Source of the DNA: a bacterium
Lineage (GTDB): Bacteria > Bacillota_I > Bacilli_A > RF39 > UBA660
Direction: 5' to 3'
NCBI GenBank assembly: GCA_030524925.1
Contig: JAUNFS010000006.1
Coordinates: 1-42,852, forward strand
DNA length: 42,852 bases
The notes beneath the pieces were generated by a model. The model saw nothing but the letters and a program-made list of their open reading frames with translations. It made no database searches and was not told the origin of the DNA. Numbering within the stretch: the stretch's first letter is position 1; each line of letters begins with the position of its first letter. This document shows, piece by piece, positions 1-9,784 of the stretch. The position numbers and the translations under genes are program-made.

Positions 1-139
1 TAGATTTTATGCTATCTAGAGAATGTTTTTCTTATACAACTGTCAAAGTAGGGTGTTTTTGTAAAAAATTTAAATTTTTAATAATTTTGTATTGATTATG
101 AGTTATTCTTATGGTATATTTAATTTGTTCATTTGATAT

Positions 140-216
140 GGCGGTGTAGCTCAGTTGGCTAGAGCATCCGGTTCATACCCGGCAGGTCGGGAGTTCAAAT
201 CTCTCCGCCGCTACCA
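140..216 (+). tRNA. tRNA-Met (CAT), elongator type
   Basis: GGCGGTGTAGCTCAG...TTCATAC anticodon loop...GTTCAAATC...CGCCGCTACCA. Acceptor stem pairs, CCA is encoded, and it resembles the Bacillus elongator tRNA-Met. Confidence 0.95.
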
Positions 217-235
217 ATTTAATTTGAATAATTTA

Positions 236-261
236 AAGCGACTTGTTAGAGAGTCGTTTTT
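236..261 (+). terminator. Intrinsic terminator after tRNA
   Basis: AAGCGACT-loop-AGTCGTTT hairpin followed by a T run. Confidence 0.65.
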
Positions 262-284
262 ATTATATAATTTGAGTAGAAAAA

Positions 285-887
285 GTGAGTGTGTTAAAAA
301 TGAAAATAGATGATGTAATAACTAACATATATAATGAGGTAAAAAGAAGATGTGAATTACCTAGTAATGTTTATGGAATTGGTGCATGGGATCATCATAT
401 TAGAGTAGTGTATGAGCTAGCAAAAAAATATGCTGATGATTATGGTGCTAGTTTTGAAATTGTTTCTATTGCAGCTTTATTACATGATATTGCAAGTGTG
501 ACAGATGCTAAGTTTACTGAAGAACATCATATCATTGGTGCTTCTATTGCTGGAGAATTGTTAATAAAAGTAGGGTATCCAAAAGATAAAATAGATTTAG
601 TTAAAAAATGTATTTTAAATCATCGTGGAAGCAGATTAATGGAAAAGACAAGCCAAGAAGAAGTGTGCATTGCTGATTGCGATGCGATGGCTCATTTTTA
701 TAGTGTTCCTAGTTTATTAAGTATGGTTTATCGTGAGAAGAAATTGGGTATAGATGAAGGAAGCAAATTTGTTTTGGATAAACTTGAAAGAAGTTATAAT
801 AAAATGTCAGATAGAGGTAAGCAACTAGTTAAAAAGCAATATGATTCTGCAAAAGATATTTTGGGACCTCTTGATTTGAAATTATAG
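285..887 (+). CDS. HD-domain phosphohydrolase (start may be ATG at 300)
   Basis: HH...AALLHDI...HH...H...DxD pattern of the HD family. Confidence 0.85.
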   Translation: MSVLKMKIDDVITNIYNEVKRRCELPSNVYGIGAWDHHIRVVYELAKKYADDYGASFEIVSIAALLHDIASVTDAKFTEEHHIIGASIAGELLIKVGYPKDKIDLVKKCILNHRGSRLMEKTSQEEVCIADCDAMAHFYSVPSLLSMVYREKKLGIDEGSKFVLDKLERSYNKMSDRGKQLVKKQYDSAKDILGPLDLKL

Positions 888-903
888 TAAAGTTTTGTGA
901 TTC

Positions 904-932
904 TTGATTTTATTATAAATAGATGCTATACT
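904..932 (+). promoter_or_regulatory. SigA-type promoter for the T-box/proS transcript
   Basis: TTGATT-17 bp-TATACT with an extended TG. Confidence 0.65.
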
Positions 933-943
933 TTAAGTGTTTT

Positions 944-1150
944 AAATCGCTGAAAAAGGAATGTTATTTAGGAATGCATAAAAGTGAGCTTGGTATAGTG
1001 GGAACAAGTTATGTTGATAAATGACTCCTACCTTTTGAGAGAAATGAAAACATTTCCGGGTTGACCGTTATAGAAAATAAGTAAAAGTAAGGATGGTACC
1101 GTGCTTAGCACTCCTATGGTATCATCTTTTTGTTTGGAGGATATTATGAA
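944..1150 (+). promoter_or_regulatory. T-box riboswitch, Pro specifier
   Basis: Stem I closed by AAAAGG/CCTTTT with specifier CCT at 1027-1029. CCGTTA motif present. Antiterminator AGGA-TGGTACC-GTG...CAC-TCCT at about 1090-1115. Lies directly upstream of proS. Confidence 0.88.
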
Positions 1151-1203
1151 TTATTTTAAACGACCGAGTTTTTTATTTTTTAAATTAAGAAAGGAAGACG
1201 AGG

Positions 1204-2487
1204 ATGAAATTAAGTAAATTAAATATTAAAAAAATAAATTTTAATGATATTGATAGAAAGTATGCTGGGCAAGATATTTTAATGAAGTTGGGTGAATTAT
1301 ATCAATTTGAAAGTGGAATTTATGCTTATGGTAACGTTTGGACAAAATTGGAACAGAATATTGAAAAAATAATAATAGAAGAACTTGATAAAGCTGATTG
1401 TGTTCAAGTTGAATTTCCAAAGCTGCAACCAAAAGGAATATGGGAAAAATCTGATAGATGGCAATTATATACTACGGAAAAAGATATTATGTTTACTGTT
1501 AATAATAATTTAGGAGATTATGGACTTGCCCCAACTGCTGAAGAGTGTGCTGCACTATTTGCTGCTAACAGAGTAATTTCGTATAAACAACTGCCAACGA
1601 TTTATTATCAGATAGGTGAAAAATTTAGAAAAGAAATTAGAACTAGAGGTTATTTGTTTAGACCAAGAACTTTTGTGATGATGGATGCTTATTCATTTGA
1701 TAAAACAGAAAAGGATATGGTAGAATCTTTTAATAAAATGCATAGTGCTTATTTAAATATTTTTAAAAGAATAGGAATAGATGTTATTCCCACAATAAGT
1801 GATGGTGGAACTATTGGTGGCAGAGTATCTGAAGAATTTCAGGCAATTTTACCACAGGGTGAGGATGTTATTTTATATAATAAAGAAAATAATATAGGTA
1901 TTAATAAAGAAGTATTAGACTATGATGATAAAGATATTTTTATAAAAGAATTAAATGGATTGTCTTTAAATGAAATGAACGAAGTTAGTACTATTGAATT
2001 AGGAAATAACTTTAAACTAGGGACTAAATATGCAGAGACGATGAAATTGTATTTTCAAGATGAAAATGGAGAAAATAAGCCATTTTATATGGGTTGCTAT
2101 GGAATAGGTGTTGGAAGAATACTAGCGACTTTAATTGAAAATAACATAATTATTAAGGATAATCAGATTAAAGGTTTTTCAATACCATATGAGATAGCAC
2201 CATATAAAGTACATATAATCTATAATGAAGATAATAAGTTAAATGCATTTAAACTTTATGAAAATCTTTTAAATAATAAAATAGATTGTATTATTGATGA
2301 TCGAGAAAATTTATCTTTAGGAAATAGAATGAATGATGTATCTTTATTGGGTACGCCAAAGATGATTGTATTAGGTTCAAAATTTGACAATCAGAGTTAT
2401 GAAGTAGAGGACTTAAAAAGTGGTACAAAAGAATTGGTTAATATTGATAATATAGTTGAATATTTAAAAAATAGTAAGAGGCTCTAG
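1204..2487 (+). CDS. proS: Prolyl-tRNA synthetase, short bacterial type without the INS editing domain
   Basis: LAPTAEE, QIGEKFRKEIR, FVMMDAYSF, MGCYGIGVGR and a C-terminal anticodon-binding domain. Pro T-box upstream. Confidence 0.93.
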   Translation: MKLSKLNIKKINFNDIDRKYAGQDILMKLGELYQFESGIYAYGNVWTKLEQNIEKIIIEELDKADCVQVEFPKLQPKGIWEKSDRWQLYTTEKDIMFTVNNNLGDYGLAPTAEECAALFAANRVISYKQLPTIYYQIGEKFRKEIRTRGYLFRPRTFVMMDAYSFDKTEKDMVESFNKMHSAYLNIFKRIGIDVIPTISDGGTIGGRVSEEFQAILPQGEDVILYNKENNIGINKEVLDYDDKDIFIKELNGLSLNEMNEVSTIELGNNFKLGTKYAETMKLYFQDENGENKPFYMGCYGIGVGRILATLIENNIIIKDNQIKGFSIPYEIAPYKVHIIYNEDNKLNAFKLYENLLNNKIDCIIDDRENLSLGNRMNDVSLLGTPKMIVLGSKFDNQSYEVEDLKSGTKELVNIDNIVEYLKNSKRL

Positions 2488-2530
2488 AAAGCCTTTTATT
2501 ATTTTGGTAAAATATAGTTAGAGGTAGACT

Positions 2531-2737
2531 ATGAGTAAGTATGATAAATTGTGGAAATATGTTAAAGACGATAATAAAGAAAAATATGAACTTGGTTTTG
2601 ATGAAATAAAAGATATTTTAGGTTTTGAGATAGATCATTCTTTTTTAAAGTATAAAAAGGAGTTAGAAGACTTTGGATACAAAGTTGTTAAAATTAAACT
2701 TAAAGAAAAAAGTGTTTTGATTGAAAAGGTAAGTTAA
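2531..2737 (+). CDS. Small hypothetical protein
   Basis: 68 aa ORF with GAGGT RBS, apparently co-transcribed with tag. Confidence 0.7.
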   Translation: MSKYDKLWKYVKDDNKEKYELGFDEIKDILGFEIDHSFLKYKKELEDFGYKVVKIKLKEKSVLIEKVS

Positions 2738-2741
2738 AAAG

Positions 2742-3281
2742 ATGAATAGATGTAAGTGGTGTAATTTAGATAATCTTTTATATGTTAAATATCATGATGA
2801 AGAATGGGGAGTATTAAATACTAGTGATGCTTATTTATTTGAAATGCTAATTTTAGAAAGTTTTCAGGCAGGACTTTCTTGGGAGTGTGTTTTAAATAAA
2901 AGAGAAGATTTTAGAAAAGCTTATGATAATTTTGATATTAATAAAGTAGTCAAGTATGATGAATATAAAGTACTGGAGTTATTGAGTAATGAAAAAATTA
3001 TAAGAAACAAATTAAAGATAAAGGCAAGCGTTAGTAATGCTAGAATTTTTAAGGACATTGTAAAAGAATATGGGAGTTTTTATGATTATTTGTGTTTATT
3101 TACTCAAGGAAATATTATAGTGGAATGTGATAAAACTACTAATTATTTGTCTGATCAGATATCTAAAGATTTAAAAAAGAGAGGAATGATTTTTGTGGGT
3201 TCTACAATTATATATTCTTTTTTACAAGCAATAGGAGTTATCAATTCTCATGAAGATGGATGTTTTTTACATAAAAAATAA
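2742..3281 (+). CDS. tag: DNA-3-methyladenine glycosylase I
   Basis: RCxW...YHDEEWG, LESFQAGLSW, IIRNKLKI, FVGSTIIYSFLQAIG, HxxGC. Confidence 0.95.
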   Translation: MNRCKWCNLDNLLYVKYHDEEWGVLNTSDAYLFEMLILESFQAGLSWECVLNKREDFRKAYDNFDINKVVKYDEYKVLELLSNEKIIRNKLKIKASVSNARIFKDIVKEYGSFYDYLCLFTQGNIIVECDKTTNYLSDQISKDLKKRGMIFVGSTIIYSFLQAIGVINSHEDGCFLHKK

Positions 3282-3305
3282 TTAATTGCATTAATAGTTA
3301 TAAAG

Positions 3306-5777
3306 GTGATAGAAATGAATAAAGAATTAGAAGGGGTTTTTGAAGAATATAATGGTTTAAGTGAAGAAGAGGTTTTAAATTTAAGAGAAAATTATGGTGA
3401 GAATGTTTTAAAGCCTAAGAAAAAGCTACCTTTCATTTTTAGACTGCTAGCAGTTTTTAAAGAGCCAATGTTTTTACTTTTAATTATTACAGCAAGTGTA
3501 TATTTTATTGTTGGTGAGTATGCAGATGGCTGTTTAATGTTAGTTTTTGTTGTGGTAATTTCTATGATATCTTTTTTTCAAGAAAATAAGACAGAAAAAG
3601 CGTTAGAAGAACTTAGTAAGTTATCAGCAATTAATGTTAAAGTAATTAGAAATAAAATGGTAAAAACAGTTTCTAGTGAAGAATTAGTAGTTGGAGATTT
3701 GGTTATATTAGAAGAGGGAGACAGTGTCCCAGCTGATGGGATATTACTTTATGCGGAAGGTTTAGGCGTTAATGAGGCAATGCTTACTGGAGAATCTGCA
3801 GTTGTTTATAAAAACATTTTAGAAGATGATAAGAATCATTTTAAATTAAATATGGTCTATTCTGGAACTAGCGTAGTTGGTGGAGTAGGACTATTTAAAG
3901 TTAGTAGTGTTGGTACTATGACAGAAATTGGTAAGATTGGTTCTGAACTTGAAGAAATAAAAAAAGGAAAGAGTCCTTTAACAAAACAAGTAAATAAACT
4001 AGTTTATGTATGTACAATTATAAGTGTTTTAATTTGTGTTTTTACGATGATTATTAACTTTATTAATTTAGGAGATTTGAGTCTTAAAGAAAGAATTATA
4101 GAATCTATTTTAGCTGGCATTACAATAGCAATGGCAACAATACCGGAAGAAATACCAGTAATACTTACGGTGTTTTTAGCATTAGGAGCGTCTGGTCTTG
4201 CGAAAGAAAAAACACTTGTTAAGAATTTAAATGCTACTGAAACACTTGGTGCTATAAATGTATTATGTACTGATAAAACCGGGACATTAACTCAAAATAA
4301 AATGGATGTGGCTTTTGCTTATGAGAATAGTAAGTCTTTTGGTGAAAGTGCTGTTAGAGCTTCTTTAAAAATTTCAATTGATCCGATGGAAAAGGCAATA
4401 AAAAAGTATTTTAGTAATGTAAAGATTAAGCCCTTGGAGGTTTTAAGAGAATATCCTTTTTCTAATGTATCTAAAATGATGGGGATACTTTGGGCTGATG
4501 GGGTACTTTGTATAAAAGGGGCTTATGAAAGCGTGCTACCACTTTGCAAGATGACTGATGAACTTTATAAAAAGATGGTTAAAGATATTACTCATTACAT
4601 GAATGATGGATATAGAGTATTGGCAGTTGCTAGAGCTAGTAATGTTAAAGATAGTATAAATAATCTTAGTGATGTATCTTATGATTTTGAAGGTTTTATT
4701 GTTTTAGAAGATCCACCAAGAAAGAATGTATATAAGTCAGTGATGGCATGTAATAATGCTGGAATTAGGGTAATTATGATTACTGGTGATAATGGAAGTA
4801 CAGCACTTGGAATAGCTAATAAAATTGGTTTAATTAACAATGGCCATGTAATAACAGGTGAAGAACTAGAAAAAATGAACGATGATGAGTTGTTTATTAG
4901 TGTGCAGAATACAAATATTTTTGCAAGAGTTTATCCAAGTCATAAGATGAGAATAGTTGAAGCACTGCAAAAGAATAATAATGTAGTTGCTATGACAGGT
5001 GATGGAGTAAATGACGCGTCTGCTTTAAAGAAGGCTGATGTAGGAATTGCGATGGGATTAAGAGGTACTAATGTATCAAAAGAAGCAGCTGATATTATAA
5101 TTTTAGATGATAATTTTAATACAATTGTTAAAGGCGTATTTGATGCAAGAGGAATTTATAAAAATATTAAAAAAGCAATATCTTATATTTTTGTTATTCA
5201 TATACCAATAGCGCTCTTATCACTATTTGTTCCGCTTTTTAACTTACCACTGTTGTTAAAACCAATTCATATTCTTTTATTAGAATTACTTATTGATCCA
5301 ACGTCGTCAATTATTTTTCAAAGAATTAAAAATAGTAAGGATATTATGTATGAAAAACCTAGAAAGAAAGATGAAAATATTATTCATAGAAAAACAGTTG
5401 TAAGAAGTGTAGCTCAGGGTTTATTAATTTTCTTGGTAACTTTTTTAAATTATTATTTATTAATTCATTTAAATGTTATCACTAACAAAGCAATTACGAT
5501 AACTTATAGTACTTTAGTTTTGTCAATAATATTAGTTTCTTTTCAGCTTCGTACTTTAGATTCAACGTTTAAAACATTAGCTAATGCTTTAAAAGATAAA
5601 ACAGTTTTGATTGTTAATTTGGTTATAATTATGGGATTAATTTTGCTTGTTTATTTACCATATTTTAATAAGGTAGCTAATACAATGCCACTTAATATTT
5701 TAGAGTGGGGATATGTAGTTTGCATGGCAATAATATGTGTTGTTCCTTTTGATTTATTTAAGAAAAAGATTAAATAG
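3306..5777 (+). CDS. Cation-transporting P-type ATPase (Ca2+-type-like)
   Basis: TGES, PEEIP, DKTGT, MITGD, TGDGVND motifs and multiple TM segments. Confidence 0.93.
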   Translation: MIEMNKELEGVFEEYNGLSEEEVLNLRENYGENVLKPKKKLPFIFRLLAVFKEPMFLLLIITASVYFIVGEYADGCLMLVFVVVISMISFFQENKTEKALEELSKLSAINVKVIRNKMVKTVSSEELVVGDLVILEEGDSVPADGILLYAEGLGVNEAMLTGESAVVYKNILEDDKNHFKLNMVYSGTSVVGGVGLFKVSSVGTMTEIGKIGSELEEIKKGKSPLTKQVNKLVYVCTIISVLICVFTMIINFINLGDLSLKERIIESILAGITIAMATIPEEIPVILTVFLALGASGLAKEKTLVKNLNATETLGAINVLCTDKTGTLTQNKMDVAFAYENSKSFGESAVRASLKISIDPMEKAIKKYFSNVKIKPLEVLREYPFSNVSKMMGILWADGVLCIKGAYESVLPLCKMTDELYKKMVKDITHYMNDGYRVLAVARASNVKDSINNLSDVSYDFEGFIVLEDPPRKNVYKSVMACNNAGIRVIMITGDNGSTALGIANKIGLINNGHVITGEELEKMNDDELFISVQNTNIFARVYPSHKMRIVEALQKNNNVVAMTGDGVNDASALKKADVGIAMGLRGTNVSKEAADIIILDDNFNTIVKGVFDARGIYKNIKKAISYIFVIHIPIALLSLFVPLFNLPLLLKPIHILLLELLIDPTSSIIFQRIKNSKDIMYEKPRKKDENIIHRKTVVRSVAQGLLIFLVTFLNYYLLIHLNVITNKAITITYSTLVLSIILVSFQLRTLDSTFKTLANALKDKTVLIVNLVIIMGLILLVYLPYFNKVANTMPLNILEWGYVVCMAIICVVPFDLFKKKIK

Positions 5778-5837
5778 TTATATTGTTTTTTAGGGTTAAG
5801 TATGCTAAAATTATTTTAGAATAGGAAGGTGTAGTTT

Positions 5838-7304
5838 GTGAAAAAATATTTATTATTTGCATTTTTATTGTTACTTCCTTGCAAGGTTTTGGCTTTTGCA
5901 TTTGATTGTCCTAGTTCAGTAACTAGTGGAGAAGAGATAAGATGCACAATTATACCGGGAGATAACCTAAATAAAATAAATGGTAATGTTGGATTTGATG
6001 ATGCGTTAGTTTTTTATGGAATATCAGGTAGCGGATTTACAAATGTAAGTAGTGGAACAAGCGTTACTTTAAATAGTGTTAAAACAAATGCAGAGATTTA
6101 TTTGAAATTTAAAGCACCAAGTGTTACTACAAAAAAAGAGTATGCGATAACATTTACAAATTTTTCGTATGTTACTGGAGATAATCGGACAAATCTTTAT
6201 GAAGCAAAATTATTTAAAGTAAATGTTGTTCCTAAGACAACAACCACAACTACAACAAAAGCAAGCGTTTTTAAAATCACTTTTGATGCTAATGGTGGAA
6301 CTGGGACTTTTAATGAATTATCTTGTACTAGCAAAAATGGAGTTTGTAATGTTGATTTAAGTAGTGTAGGAGTTCCTGTTAAAGATGGTTTTACATTTAA
6401 TGGCTGGGGAACTGTTAGAAGTTGTACTACTTCTGGGAATAAGAATGTTTATAAGGCTAAAAAGAGTACGACTTTATATGCTTGTTATACAAAAAATGGT
6501 GATACAACTACAACGACCACGACTACAAAAGTAACAACTACTACTAAGACAACGTCTACGACTACAGCTAAGACTGATATAAAATTATATTTAAAAGATT
6601 TAAGTGTTGAAGGTCAAAATATTGATTTTAGTAAGTTTAAAACAAATTATGAAATTAAGGTTTTATATGAGGTTGAAAGTATTAAAATTAATGCTGAAGC
6701 AGCTAGCGAGGGTATAAATACTGATTATCAAAATGAAGTAAATTTAGAAGTTGGTGAAAATGAAATCCCAATTACGCTTAGTGATGGGACGACTTCATCA
6801 GTTTATACTTTAAAGGTAATAAGGCTTAAAGAAGGCGAAGAAATTAAAGATGCTTCTAATGATGCTACTTTAAAGTCTTTAGTACTTACTGGTTATAATA
6901 TTGGATTTAATTCTACAGTAACAAGTTATGAACTAACTGTTAAATATAACGTTAGCAATATTGAGGTAAAAGCTACACCTAATGATGAGAATGCTAAGTT
7001 TGTTATTACTGGTAATAGTGATATTGCAAATGGAAGTGTTATAAAAGTTGATGTGCAGGCTGAAGATGGAACACTTATGTCTTACAAAATAAATATTGTA
7101 AAGCAAAACTTTTTTCAGACTTATAAAAATTATTTTTTAATGGGTGCAGGAGCGGTATTACTTATTTTAATAATTTTAATTATTGTTGATAAGAAGAAAA
7201 AAGTAAAAAAAATACCGAAAACTACTGTTGTAAAGAAATCAAGTAATATTAAATCTAGTGGTTCTAGCAATAAATCAAATGGAGTTGAAGTTTTAAAGAT
7301 GTAA
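5838..7304 (+). CDS. Membrane-anchored surface protein with an InlB B-repeat-like domain, cadherin-like beta-sandwich domains and Thr-rich linkers
   Basis: Signal peptide, ITFDANGG...GFTFNGW repeat, SNDATLKSL...VQAEDG cadherin-like motif, C-terminal TM with a basic tail. Confidence 0.75.
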   Translation: MKKYLLFAFLLLLPCKVLAFAFDCPSSVTSGEEIRCTIIPGDNLNKINGNVGFDDALVFYGISGSGFTNVSSGTSVTLNSVKTNAEIYLKFKAPSVTTKKEYAITFTNFSYVTGDNRTNLYEAKLFKVNVVPKTTTTTTTKASVFKITFDANGGTGTFNELSCTSKNGVCNVDLSSVGVPVKDGFTFNGWGTVRSCTTSGNKNVYKAKKSTTLYACYTKNGDTTTTTTTTKVTTTTKTTSTTTAKTDIKLYLKDLSVEGQNIDFSKFKTNYEIKVLYEVESIKINAEAASEGINTDYQNEVNLEVGENEIPITLSDGTTSSVYTLKVIRLKEGEEIKDASNDATLKSLVLTGYNIGFNSTVTSYELTVKYNVSNIEVKATPNDENAKFVITGNSDIANGSVIKVDVQAEDGTLMSYKINIVKQNFFQTYKNYFLMGAGAVLLILIILIIVDKKKKVKKIPKTTVVKKSSNIKSSGSSNKSNGVEVLKM

Positions 7305-7309
7305 TGTTT

Positions 7310-7333
7310 GAAAGATGAGAAATCATCTTTTTT
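7310..7333 (+). terminator. Intrinsic terminator
   Basis: AAAGATGA-GAAA-TCATCTTT followed by Ts. Confidence 0.75.
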
Positions 7334-7426
7334 GTATGGTAAAAAATAATATTTGAGCTGTCCTATTTTTGACAAAGTGAAAAATTTCTAGAAGCAACTT
7401 CTCGTCAGAGTTTTCCACACTCCTAG

Positions 7427-7454
7427 TTGACACGGGGGGGGGTTGTTATATAAT
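7427..7454 (+). promoter_or_regulatory. Consensus SigA promoter with a G9 tract in a 16-bp spacer
   Basis: TTGACA (7427-7432), G9 (7434-7442), TATAAT (7449-7454). Confidence 0.85.
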
Positions 7455-7477
7455 AAAAGAAGAAAATAGGTGGTAGA

Positions 7478-9712
7478 GTGATAAAAAAATATAGGAAACG
7501 CATACTAATTCTGGCGTGTTTGCTACTGATAACCGTGCTTCTAGCCGGGGTATCTTATGCTGTGTTTAATAGTTATGCATCTCAAAATAGTACTAATACA
7601 TTAGCGGCAACTTGTATAGAACTAGAATTTAGTGGAGAAGATTCAGTTAATTTAATAAATGTATATCCAATAAGTGATAGTGAGGGATTAAAAACTACGC
7701 CATATAAATTTAAAATAAAAAACAAGTGTAAGAACTATTTAGAATATATGGTGATAGCTTCAGCAATAAATATTACTAATCCCTTAGATTCAAAATATGT
7801 AAAAGTAAATTTAAGTGGAGATAATGAAATGGAACCAGTGTCACTATCATCATTAAAATCTATCCAAACACCATCTTCATTATCAGGTTATAGTATTAAG
7901 GAAAATTATGTATTGAAAGATAATGATGGAATACTAAAAGATGAAGAGAGAAACTTTGAATTTAGAATGTGGTTAGATGGAGAAAATGAAGAGACTTGGA
8001 CAAGTGAACAGGTAGAAAGTAAAAACTATCAAGTAAAAATATCTGTAATTGGTACAGTAAAAATTGAACCAAAGAGTGATATATATATAGCAGCTTTAAT
8101 AGATGGAGAGGAAAGTCTTACATTTCCAACAACAGCCGATTATATGGCAAAAGTAAACTGTACTAGAGGCGGTAAAAAGGTAGATACAAATGCGAGTATA
8201 AAGTGGACAGGTGCAAGATGGGCACTAACTACAACTATTACTGATGGTAATACTAGGTGTAATGTTTCTTTTGTTGCGGAACCGGCTCCAGATGGTTGGT
8301 ATGCTGCTGAAGATGGGACACTACTTGCGGCAATAAAAAGCGATAATGAATTAGAGCCAACTATAACAACGCCAGGGACAGCGACAAGTTATAGCTTAGC
8401 AGATAAAATACCAGATTGGATATTTAATGTGGATGCATATTATACATATGGAGATACATATAAAGTGAATAGTGATGGGACGTATACTATTGAAAATCCA
8501 AAGAAGATAAAATATAGTGATGAATTAAGTATTTTAAAGGGAAAGTATATGGTTAGTTCACAAGATAATTATTCAGATGCTTTTTCTTCTAATGATGAAT
8601 TACTTGATACCACAAATAAGAAACAATTACTGTTGATTAGAGATACGGCTAGTGATGGTTTTACGTATAGTAAAATATCTGGTGGAATGAAAACTTTTCC
8701 TAAAGAAACTGAAGCAGTAATGGCTACTACGGCAGATGATTATGGGACTTCATATTACTTTAGAGGTGCTGTTGAAAATAATTATATAGAGTTTGCTAAT
8801 AAGTGCTGGAGAATAGTAAGAGTAACCGGTAATGGTTCAATAAAACTGGCACTATTTAATAATAATGCGAATAGTAGTACTAATCCATGTGCGGAAGTTA
8901 ATGATAGTAAAGAGGCTGCTACTGTGGGGTCAAGTATGTTTAATTATGCTCATGGTGATAATGCTTTTGTTGGATTTATGTATGGAAATGCTGGTTGTTC
9001 TAATGGAACCTCAATTAATAAAAATGAATGTACCAGTGCTGGAGGCACGTGGAACGCTTCAACGTCATATGCAAATGCGCAGGCCAATGTTAATAAAAGT
9101 ACAATATTAAAGTATTTAGAAGAGTGGTATAATAATAATTTAGCTAGTTATGATAGTTATATAGCAGATACTATATGGTGTAATGATAAGAGTACAGTAA
9201 AAGATACGTCATTTAATCCATGGGGATGGACGCTAGGAACGAATTATGGATATGGGTTTAATTCAAATTATTATAGTGCTAATAAAAGATTGCTGCAGAA
9301 TGATGAGTATGGGTTAATGCTTGCTGGTAATCCATCGCTAATTTGTCCAAATGATAATAATGGAGGAAAGTTATCTAAGTTTACAGTAAGCGATACCACT
9401 AATGGCAATGGAAATTTAGATAAAAAGATTGGATTACTTACTGCTGATGAAGTAGTGTTTGCGGGAGGTGGTGAGGTAAATTACAGCTTTTATTTAATAA
9501 AAAATACTTATACGTGGTGGTGGACTATGTCTCCTGGTGATCTAGGAAATGTTGGAACTAGTATGTGGGGAGTAAGTGGCGACCACAGTATTGTTGGTAT
9601 TTATCTTACTATACGAAGCAGAGCTGTAAGGCCATCAATATCACTAGTTTCTACAGTGCGAGTCACATCGGGAAATGGAACTAGAAATAATCCTTATAAA
9701 ATAACTGTATAA
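7478..9712 (+). CDS. Exported or N-anchored surface protein with a C-terminal WWxxSP...VRP (CLec-like) domain; paralog of the 40990 gene
   Basis: N-terminal hydrophobic helix ending SYA, YYFRG...WRIVR, IGLLTADE, WWTMSP...AVRPSISL...GNGTxxNPY. Confidence 0.8.
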   Translation: MIKKYRKRILILACLLLITVLLAGVSYAVFNSYASQNSTNTLAATCIELEFSGEDSVNLINVYPISDSEGLKTTPYKFKIKNKCKNYLEYMVIASAINITNPLDSKYVKVNLSGDNEMEPVSLSSLKSIQTPSSLSGYSIKENYVLKDNDGILKDEERNFEFRMWLDGENEETWTSEQVESKNYQVKISVIGTVKIEPKSDIYIAALIDGEESLTFPTTADYMAKVNCTRGGKKVDTNASIKWTGARWALTTTITDGNTRCNVSFVAEPAPDGWYAAEDGTLLAAIKSDNELEPTITTPGTATSYSLADKIPDWIFNVDAYYTYGDTYKVNSDGTYTIENPKKIKYSDELSILKGKYMVSSQDNYSDAFSSNDELLDTTNKKQLLLIRDTASDGFTYSKISGGMKTFPKETEAVMATTADDYGTSYYFRGAVENNYIEFANKCWRIVRVTGNGSIKLALFNNNANSSTNPCAEVNDSKEAATVGSSMFNYAHGDNAFVGFMYGNAGCSNGTSINKNECTSAGGTWNASTSYANAQANVNKSTILKYLEEWYNNNLASYDSYIADTIWCNDKSTVKDTSFNPWGWTLGTNYGYGFNSNYYSANKRLLQNDEYGLMLAGNPSLICPNDNNGGKLSKFTVSDTTNGNGNLDKKIGLLTADEVVFAGGGEVNYSFYLIKNTYTWWWTMSPGDLGNVGTSMWGVSGDHSIVGIYLTIRSRAVRPSISLVSTVRVTSGNGTRNNPYKITV

Positions 9713-9784
9713 TTTATGAGTAAAATGTAATAACTTTACATTTTTTCTTTTTTTTGTTAAGATTTTTTTAGGAGTGATGCGGGG

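Noticed and set aside
140-300. Prophage or ICE integration at tRNA-Met
   Set aside because: No adjacent integrase, no duplicated tRNA 3' end and no phage genes seen in the window.
7411-7419. DnaA-box-like TTTTCCACA
   Set aside because: Single copy with no cluster or origin context.
9515-9634. Template repeat for the 42691-42810 VR
   Set aside because: It is coding, not AAC-rich, and differs from the VR at many non-adenine positions.
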